Shown here piece after piece: positions 57,698 through 64,000 of a DNA stretch of 64,000 nucleotides (positions are counted from its first letter, which is position 1; the number at the start of each line of letters is the position of its first letter). The notes under the pieces are model-generated. The model saw only the letters and a program-made list of their open reading frames with translations. It was not told the origin of the DNA and did not search any database. The position numbers and the translations under genes are program-made. Source of the DNA: Candidatus Poribacteria bacterium (lineage in GTDB: Bacteria; Poribacteria; WGA-4E; PCPOR2b); assembly GCA_965116925.1 (NCBI GenBank), contig OZ220744.1:4384001-4448000 (forward strand), read 5' to 3'.

Positions 57698-58639
57698 TTA
57701 CGAAGAACCGCTTGATTTAAGACGTAGTATCTCCAGCAGTTTCTCATCTCGCTCTGCGATGAGCGCGCTCGCCTTTCCCGGTGGATAGTCGTAAAAGCCG
57801 GAACCGGTCTTAGCACCCAATTTCCCCGCTGCGACTAAATCCTGAAGCACTTTCGGAGAATCGGTTGCATTGCTCATAGATCTGGCAACGTAGCTTCCAA
57901 CTGTATTGAAAATATCAAGCCCACCGAGATCTGCGATCTCTAACGGACCGAGCAGTGCCCAACGCAATCCCAATCCATGCTTCATCACCGCATCGATGTC
58001 GGCAGGTGATGCGATTCCTTCCTCGACAAGGTGTAACGCTTCGCGCACGACAGCAAACTGGAGACGGCTGGCGACAAATCCGGGGACATCTTTCTGCACT
58101 AGAATCGGCTGCTTTTTCATCAGTTTCAACAGGTCGATTAGGATTTCACAGGTTGCATCGGAAGTTTCTGTCCCCTTGATAACTTCGACCGCCGGGACGA
58201 TTTCGGGCGGATTGAAGAAGTGCACCCCCGCAAATCGTTCGGGGTGAGAAACGGCTTTGGCAATCTGCGAAATGCTTAATCCTGAAGTATTTGTTGTAAA
58301 AAGCGTATTTGCGTCGCAGATTTCATCTAGTTGCCGAAAGATTTCCTGTTTTACTTTCAGATTTTCAGCGATTGATTCCGAGATGAGGTCGACCTGTGCA
58401 AGCCCTGTCAAATCATGGGTGGTGTAAATTTTTGCCCCTGTGACATCTGTATTTTCCTCGATAGGAGCGGGGGTCACGGCGATCTTAGATTGGAGACGCT
58501 CCACGGCGCGCTGCATCCCTTCTTGGCTCCTATTGTACAGAATGACGGTGTAGCCAAATCGTACAAAGATTTCTGCAACGCCCGCTCCCATTGTGCCCGC
58601 ACCGACAATACCAACCTTTTTAATATCTTCAAGATTCAT
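57698..58639 (-). CDS. 3-hydroxyacyl-CoA dehydrogenase family protein
   Basis: VGAGTMG, NTS, HFFNPP, PGFV, GPLEIAD and GKLGAKTGSGFYDY motifs. Confidence 0.93.
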   Translation of the reverse strand: MNLEDIKKVGIVGAGTMGAGVAEIFVRFGYTVILYNRSQEGMQRAVERLQSKIAVTPAPIEENTDVTGAKIYTTHDLTGLAQVDLISESIAENLKVKQEIFRQLDEICDANTLFTTNTSGLSISQIAKAVSHPERFAGVHFFNPPEIVPAVEVIKGTETSDATCEILIDLLKLMKKQPILVQKDVPGFVASRLQFAVVREALHLVEEGIASPADIDAVMKHGLGLRWALLGPLEIADLGGLDIFNTVGSYVARSMSNATDSPKVLQDLVAAGKLGAKTGSGFYDYPPGKASALIAERDEKLLEILRLKSSGSS

Positions 58640-58642
58640 GCT

Positions 58643-59542
58643 TTATCCCTCTGCTAGCACCTCTTCAATTGCCTGCAATTCCGCATCTGTCAATTGCCAA
58701 CCCTGTCCCCCGACATGCTCGGCGATTTGTTCGGGGGTTTTTGCGCCGACAAGAACACAGGTGATTCCCGAAAACCGCAACTGCCAACCGATTGCTAGTT
58801 GAATGAGTGTGAGATTCCGTTCTTGAGCGATGGCTTGCAGTTTTGCCGCTGTTGCTAAGTTTCGCCGAAATTCCTCCCCTTGGAATCGGGTCATCCCTGA
58901 ACGCTCGTCGTCTGCCGGAAATTGATGGTCTGGCGTGTATTTGCCGGTCAGTAATCCCTTGGCTAATGGACTGTGTGGGAGGATGCCGATGCCATTAGCT
59001 TCACAGTGAGGCAGTATTTCCGCCTCAATCTCTCGGTCAAGCAGGTTATAGCGCGGCTGAAGTGAATGAAAAGGTGCGGTTTGGGCGGCGAGTTTCATCT
59101 GTTCAACGTCGAAGTTGGAGACGCCGATGTAGCGAGTTTTGCCTTCTTGATGCAATTTCTCCATCATTTCGATGCTTTCATCAACTGGGTACTGTGGATT
59201 CCAACCGTGGATTTGATAGAGGTCTACATGGTCTGTTTGTAAGGCACGCAGACTATTCTCCATCGCACGCCGAATACCCTCCGGCGAATAGTCACGGCTG
59301 ACCTTTGTGGCGAGAAAAACCTGATTCCGCCGACCATCCTTCAACGCTTTGCCGATGATTGCCTCCGATACACGGTATGATTGTGCGGTGTCGATGAGTG
59401 TAATGCCGTGGTCAAGCACCGCGTGCACTGTGGCAATTGCTGCCCCTTCATCAACTGCACCCATCGCTCCGCCGATGGGCCACGCCCCGAAGCCGATTAC
59501 AGATACATGATCTCCATCTTTTCCCAATTGTCGTTTTTCCAT
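58643..59542 (-). CDS. Aldo/keto reductase
   Basis: DTAQSY, ATK, DLYQIH, IGVSNF and SPLAKGLLTG motifs. Confidence 0.95.
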   Translation of the reverse strand: MEKRQLGKDGDHVSVIGFGAWPIGGAMGAVDEGAAIATVHAVLDHGITLIDTAQSYRVSEAIIGKALKDGRRNQVFLATKVSRDYSPEGIRRAMENSLRALQTDHVDLYQIHGWNPQYPVDESIEMMEKLHQEGKTRYIGVSNFDVEQMKLAAQTAPFHSLQPRYNLLDREIEAEILPHCEANGIGILPHSPLAKGLLTGKYTPDHQFPADDERSGMTRFQGEEFRRNLATAAKLQAIAQERNLTLIQLAIGWQLRFSGITCVLVGAKTPEQIAEHVGGQGWQLTDAELQAIEEVLAEG

Positions 59543-59882
59543 CTGTTGGTCTCCTACAGGTGCCTAATCAAGGATTTGTGTCACGTTTTTCTTGGTTCAA
59601 GCATTTTAGCATATCATCGATTTTTATGCGAAAGAAAATCCGTGCCACTTCGCTTCTGCATCAGGATTTACTACCATCCGCTCTGCGATCGATTTCGCGC
59701 CTGTTTCTATCTTATCATATCCAATACGAAAAGTCACATCATTCCAAATCACGATACGCTTGAATCCTGGTAGATTTCTTTTGTATTCAAATCTGCGTTG
59801 GGGTATAATATTAAACAATTCTGAGTAAACGTTTCTGATTTCATTTTACGGTTTAGACATTACGATTTTCGTTGGAGAAGCG

Positions 59883-60137
59883 ATGAAAGTTAAAGTTAAA
59901 TATTTTGCAGTTTTGCACGAAGAGTTAGATCGAGACGAAGAAGAGATGGACCTACCAGAGGGAGCAACCGTGAGGGTTATCCTGGACCGCCTTGAGGCGG
60001 AGTGGCCCGAAATCGCAGAATACTACGATGTGATGCAAACGTCTGTGAATTGGGAGTATGCCACGCCAGATAGTGAGCTTTCAGATGGCGATGAGGTCGC
60101 CTTCATTCCACCTGTGACTGGAGGTCAAGATGTTTAA
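59883..60137 (+). CDS. moaD: Molybdopterin synthase sulfur carrier subunit (GG followed by QDV)
   Basis: VKYFA...VN.EY...DGDEVAFIPPVTGG. Confidence 0.92.
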   Translation: MKVKVKYFAVLHEELDRDEEEMDLPEGATVRVILDRLEAEWPEIAEYYDVMQTSVNWEYATPDSELSDGDEVAFIPPVTGGQDV

Positions 60138-60564
60138 GATTACCAGTGAAGATATTGAATTGGGAGATGTGATCCGAGCGGTCGAAGCGGCAGATGCCGG
60201 GGCAATTGTCCACTTCTTAGGCGTTGTTCGTAACAACACGGAAGGCAGGGAGGTCTCCTATCTCGAATACGAAGCCTATCCACCGATGGCAGAAAGGAAG
60301 ATGGCGGAAATTGCACAGGAGATCCACGAAAAGTGGGGGCTAGACCGTGTTGCCATGATTCATCGTGTAGGACGATTAGAGATTGGTGAAGTCAGTGTTG
60401 CGGTTGCGGTTGCTTCTCCGCATCGCAAAGAGGCGTTTGAGGCATGCCATTATGCGATGAATCGGCTCAAACAGATTGTGCCCATCTGGAAACGCGAAGT
60501 ATGGGCAGATGGTGAGGAGGAATGGGTCAAGCCGGACCCTGTTTTCTTTCAGTCGAAAGGCTGA
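60130..60564 (+). CDS. moaE: Molybdopterin synthase catalytic subunit
   Basis: GAIVHFLGVVR, LEYEAY, HRVG, SPHR and VPIWKRE motifs. Confidence 0.96.
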   Translation: MFKITSEDIELGDVIRAVEAADAGAIVHFLGVVRNNTEGREVSYLEYEAYPPMAERKMAEIAQEIHEKWGLDRVAMIHRVGRLEIGEVSVAVAVASPHRKEAFEACHYAMNRLKQIVPIWKREVWADGEEEWVKPDPVFFQSKG

Positions 60565-60596
60565 GACTCGCACTCAATCAGGGTTCCTTACAACTC

Positions 60597-60874
60597 CTAA
60601 AGTAGGAATTTCACCAATGAACCGTACCCGCTCTTGGGGCGAACGGCTTGATAAATTTCAATGAGAGGTGCTTGGTACCGGTGAGCAATAAGCCCCAAAA
60701 TGAAGGTGCAGAACAAGGCGAAGTTTCGACGGTTGAATAACGGACGAAAGTCGGTTAAAATATGGCTGAGGCAGAATATGAGGTCCATTTAAGTCTCCTT
60801 TCAAAATTGTGGTGATTTCTGAAAGGATAACCTCTTTTCTGCCTTTTTTTACCTAAAAATTGTACTAACTTTAG
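60597..60874 (-). mobile_element. Internally deleted IS remnant with transposase N-terminal stub (IS701/IS4-like)
   Basis: Short ORF 60788-60597 with AAGGAG RBS (FRPLFNRRNF..F..GL, resembling DDE transposase N-termini); inverted CTAAAGT ends at 60597 and 60868-60874. Confidence 0.5.
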
Positions 60875-60876
60875 TA

Positions 60877-62499
60877 CTACCTAAGAACAGCATCTAATCT
60901 GCGAAGATCAGTATTTTTCAATGCGGTATCTCTTTTGTATTGATAGTAGTTTTTGAGGACTTTGCCAACATGTCGCTCCGTTTGCGGATTGAGCTTACCG
61001 TTTTTCCGCACGTTTCCCGATCCCGCATGATAAGCGGCAAGTGAAAGGCCGTAGTCCCCATCATACTTTTTAAGCATTTCGTGCAGATATCTGACTCCCG
61101 CGTCTAGGTTTTTAAGCGGGTGGAAGCGTTCATCAACGCTGGGATTTGGTGTCGGCTTTCTTACATTCTGATAGGAGGGCATTTTGAGACCGAGATCCTG
61201 TGCCGCCGCCGGCATCAGTTGCATCAGCCCAACGGCGCCATTGGGCGAAATTGCTTTGGGATTGAAGGTTGACTCCCTTTTGACCAGAGCGAGGATGAGA
61301 TCGACTTCGACACCGTATTGCTTCGCAATCTGCTCAGTTGGAGATTTTGCATTTTTAGCAGCTTTTGTATCATTGGCGATTCGCTTCGTATTGTCGGGCG
61401 CAGGTTTGGGATGACTCTCCGTTGTGGTTTTCTCGCTTCCCTTCACAGAGGTTTTCCTTTTACTCACCGTGGTCGCCGCCCTTCCCGCCACAGAGGTCCT
61501 CATTTTCGTCACAGAAGCCCCCTCTTTGCTCATGGAAGCCGAGACTGCCCGGTCAGATAAATCAAATGTCAAGCCAACGGCGAGAAGATGCTTATATGCC
61601 ACGTCTGGCTGGCTCAAGTAGGCGTAATGGAGATGCTTTCCGTGGACATCAACAGAAAATCCCATACTCCAGTCAGGTTCTGGTTGGAGTCCTATCAGGT
61701 CAATTGCTGTCCCCAACCGGAGCGCGAGTCCATACGCGCCGACTTCACCTCCCAGTCTGAGTTGCCATAACGCTGTATCCAACACACTGTTCAATTGAAG
61801 CGGTTGAACCGGTTTCCATGCGATCCCAACGGCAAATGTCTGATCAAACTGCTTCAGGAGCCTTCCCTCCCGATCTAGAATGGTCACTCCAGATATATCT
61901 ATCAATCTTGCCCCTAGGACTAGATGGGGCGGTAGTTTAACAATAGCACCGAGGTCGTAGCTTGGCCGCCATTGACTGTCAGGGTTCGGGGCACGATTAT
62001 ATCCAAGATTCCCGCCAAGCTGGAATCGGCTGCCAATTGACCGGGCATAAGACAGGAGAACTTGATTATAGCCTCTCTCGAATGTTCCGACCGGGTTATT
62101 CCGATGGTCGTGGAAGAAGCGATCTTCGCGATTCAAATCTAAGGCACTGAAGCCGAGTGTTCCCACGTAGTGGATCGGATACCCGAAGGAAACTGCGCCT
62201 TGAGAAAGATCGTACACCAAACTGCCTTGCTCAAGGCTTGCAAGTCCCGCGGGATTCCAGAGAGCCCCCGTTGAGTCACTAGCACTGCTGATAAACGCTC
62301 CACTCATACCAAGTGCCCTTGCACCAACCACAGGGCGCAAGGAAGCCGAGGCTATGGAGACGCACAACAGCCAAAACACTGCACTCCCAACCCAGACCAG
62401 ACACCAATGGCTACGGTGTTCGTTCGTGCTTGGCATACTGCGCCCTTTCCTCTTTCTATTAAATTTCAAAATACAGGTGGGGACCTGTCGCATTATCAT
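60877..62499 (-). CDS. PorV/FadL-like beta-barrel fused to C-terminal lytic transglycosylase (SLT) domain
   Basis: GARALGMSGAF...D...WNPAGLA after a signal-like segment; Lys/Thr-rich linker; RESTFNP.A.S..GAVGLMQLMP and LAAYHAG motifs. Confidence 0.82.
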   Translation of the reverse strand: MIMRQVPTCILKFNRKRKGRSMPSTNEHRSHWCLVWVGSAVFWLLCVSIASASLRPVVGARALGMSGAFISSASDSTGALWNPAGLASLEQGSLVYDLSQGAVSFGYPIHYVGTLGFSALDLNREDRFFHDHRNNPVGTFERGYNQVLLSYARSIGSRFQLGGNLGYNRAPNPDSQWRPSYDLGAIVKLPPHLVLGARLIDISGVTILDREGRLLKQFDQTFAVGIAWKPVQPLQLNSVLDTALWQLRLGGEVGAYGLALRLGTAIDLIGLQPEPDWSMGFSVDVHGKHLHYAYLSQPDVAYKHLLAVGLTFDLSDRAVSASMSKEGASVTKMRTSVAGRAATTVSKRKTSVKGSEKTTTESHPKPAPDNTKRIANDTKAAKNAKSPTEQIAKQYGVEVDLILALVKRESTFNPKAISPNGAVGLMQLMPAAAQDLGLKMPSYQNVRKPTPNPSVDERFHPLKNLDAGVRYLHEMLKKYDGDYGLSLAAYHAGSGNVRKNGKLNPQTERHVGKVLKNYYQYKRDTALKNTDLRRLDAVLR

Positions 62500-62592
62500 T
62501 CCTCCCCAAAGAACTGATCAAACACACAATCATTTAATATCAGTTCCGAATCAGCTAAAATTTTGGCTATGACAAAGCAGGAGCACCAGTTG

Positions 62593-63078
62593 TCAATTTG
62601 TAACAGTGAGTAGTATGGTTTGGGTTGATGTCAAAACTTCAGTATCAGTATCAACTCCTGACGATTGCACCGAAACGACTTGGCTAATAGCCGTAACAAC
62701 AAGCTGGAGCACTTCAACTTTGACTACACCGTCCGGCTTTTCTGGCGCAGACCAAATCGCCTTATTTTCATCCATGGGGGTCAATGTGCCGTAACCGGTT
62801 GTGTTGATCCAATTGAAGATGATGTTTGAGCCTCGAAGTTCGTCAACAGTTGCTGTCATGTTCACTGTCTCACCAGCTTGGACGGTATCTTTACTTACCT
62901 CGACCTTGACGTTAAGCGATTGGTTCTCTAGGTCTACCTGTGTAAGTGTATTATCGGTTTCTTCCGGCTCTCGAAGCGGGTTCTCAACGGAACTCCCGCC
63001 ACAACCAAGCAAGCATAGGGCAATAGTGAGTAAAACCATGGGCGACAGAACTGGTGTTATACGTATCATTTTAATCAT
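62593..63078 (-). CDS. Hypothetical lipoprotein (beta-rich, Ig-like)
   Basis: LLGC lipobox after a hydrophobic stretch. Confidence 0.75.
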   Translation of the reverse strand: MIKMIRITPVLSPMVLLTIALCLLGCGGSSVENPLREPEETDNTLTQVDLENQSLNVKVEVSKDTVQAGETVNMTATVDELRGSNIIFNWINTTGYGTLTPMDENKAIWSAPEKPDGVVKVEVLQLVVTAISQVVSVQSSGVDTDTEVLTSTQTILLTVTN

Positions 63079-63212
63079 CGTTCTTGTCCTTTAGGTTGAA
63101 ATTTTGGGAGTATTCAGCCGAAGATGGCTGCCAAGATTTTTCCATATAACAAAAACGTAGAGATGAATGCACGGTTTCAGGCAATCGGTGATAACGATTT
63201 AATCCAAAAGGA

Positions 63213-64000
63213 TTAGAGTTTCGGATATTTGGGAACATTTTTATAATGTCTCCAATTCTCAGCGTAGATCTTCCAGACACCGTCGGCGGGATCCACCATA
63301 AAAACCAACTCTTTCTTGCCAAAATCCGAGTAAACGACTTGATTTCCAGAGGCGCGGGTGCCGACAAATTCTTGTAAGAAATTGACATCCGCTACAGCAC
63401 TATCCCCGTTGATTCGCAAATGAAAAATATTCACTTTAATTTCGCTATACCTTTCATTAAGGGATCTCATTTTTTCGCGCAACTGTTTTTTGTTCAACCG
63501 AGTTGAGTATTCGCGTCCCTTGTTAATAGTGACCCTTGTAATCTCTGCGTCTTCTGCATATTTCGACATATAGGTTCTAAGATTCTTTCCCTGCCAAGCC
63601 TGCTGCCATTCGCCCAAAACTTGACTCAATTTAAGCTGGGTATCGAGCGGTGTCTCACCGACAATCGGTGAGGAGCTTTCTGGTGCAGCGGCTTGAGACG
63701 GTGTAACAACACTATTGGAAGGCACTGGAGCATCAACGGATCGCAACAGAGGATTTTCGGGGGTTGGATTGGCAGATCGAGCAACGATCTCTTGATCTTG
63801 AGCGATATACTCCTCGGTCGTTTCGGGATATTCTAGCTCATCATGAATTCTATCGTCTATCAGTTTCCAACGTTGCAAGAGCCCTCGCTTTTCAACAGTT
63901 ATGTCCCTATAAATCATAACTAAAACCTCGCCATCTTGGTAGAGCGTGACAGGGATGCGCTCAATCTGTCGTCGATTTGTGTCCCCGAGATCTTTTTGAG
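63213..64000 (-). CDS. Protein with C-terminal NTF2/SnoaL-like domain (5' part outside window)
   Basis: The frame stays open from 63917 to the window edge (checked by hand). WQQAWQGKNL..YMSKY...YSDFG.KEL...WKI..ENW resembles NTF2-like domains of cell-wall proteins. Confidence 0.7.
   Translation of the reverse strand, partial: QKDLGDTNRRQIERIPVTLYQDGEVLVMIYRDITVEKRGLLQRWKLIDDRIHDELEYPETTEEYIAQDQEIVARSANPTPENPLLRSVDAPVPSNSVVTPSQAAAPESSSPIVGETPLDTQLKLSQVLGEWQQAWQGKNLRTYMSKYAEDAEITRVTINKGREYSTRLNKKQLREKMRSLNERYSEIKVNIFHLRINGDSAVADVNFLQEFVGTRASGNQVVYSDFGKKELVFMVDPADGVWKIYAENWRHYKNVPKYPKL

Noticed and set aside
22..63388. The many short antisense or alternate-frame ORFs in the track
   Set aside because: They overlap well-supported genes and show no motifs; treated as shadow ORFs.
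1..64000. Prophage, defence island, rRNA/tRNA genes, NRPS/PKS cluster
   Set aside because: No diagnostic genes or RNA signatures were recognised by eye.

Overview
A gene-dense bacterial chromosomal window of roughly 50% GC (estimated by eye). It holds housekeeping genes (coaD, argG, the ffh-rpsP-khpA-ylqD-trmD-rplS-rnhB-yraN cluster with no rimM, moaD-moaE, rbsK, waaF). It also holds a large catabolic repertoire: 5 enolase-superfamily proteins, 4 PhyH-type Fe/2OG dioxygenases, 2 Gfo/Idh/MocA dehydrogenases, 2 xylose-isomerase-like TIM barrels, a sialidase-like protein, a CoA transferase and a ThDP enzyme. This repertoire, together with HEAT/TPR/NHL repeat proteins, resembles Ca. Poribacteria sponge symbionts (inference, not tested). 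I recognised no rRNA, tRNA, CRISPR array or intact transposase. The intergenic DNA is rich in small non-autonomous elements: MITE-like shells with TAGGA(C/G)TTACGCA ends carrying interchangeable GTAG-type REP hairpins, three IS200/IS605 derivatives, a 136-bp tandem repeat, and heptamer/octamer composite repeats. Best leads: (1) a PhyH paralogue with a halogenase-type His-Ser-Gly motif in tandem with a canonical HxD enzyme; (2) a 392-bp transposase-less IS605 derivative sitting exactly between the RBS and ATG of a ThDP enzyme gene; (3) modular MITE/REP mosaics; (4) a PorV/FadL-like barrel fused to a lytic transglycosylase; (5) a MoaD whose Gly-Gly terminus is masked. All family calls come from motifs read by eye; no searches were run.
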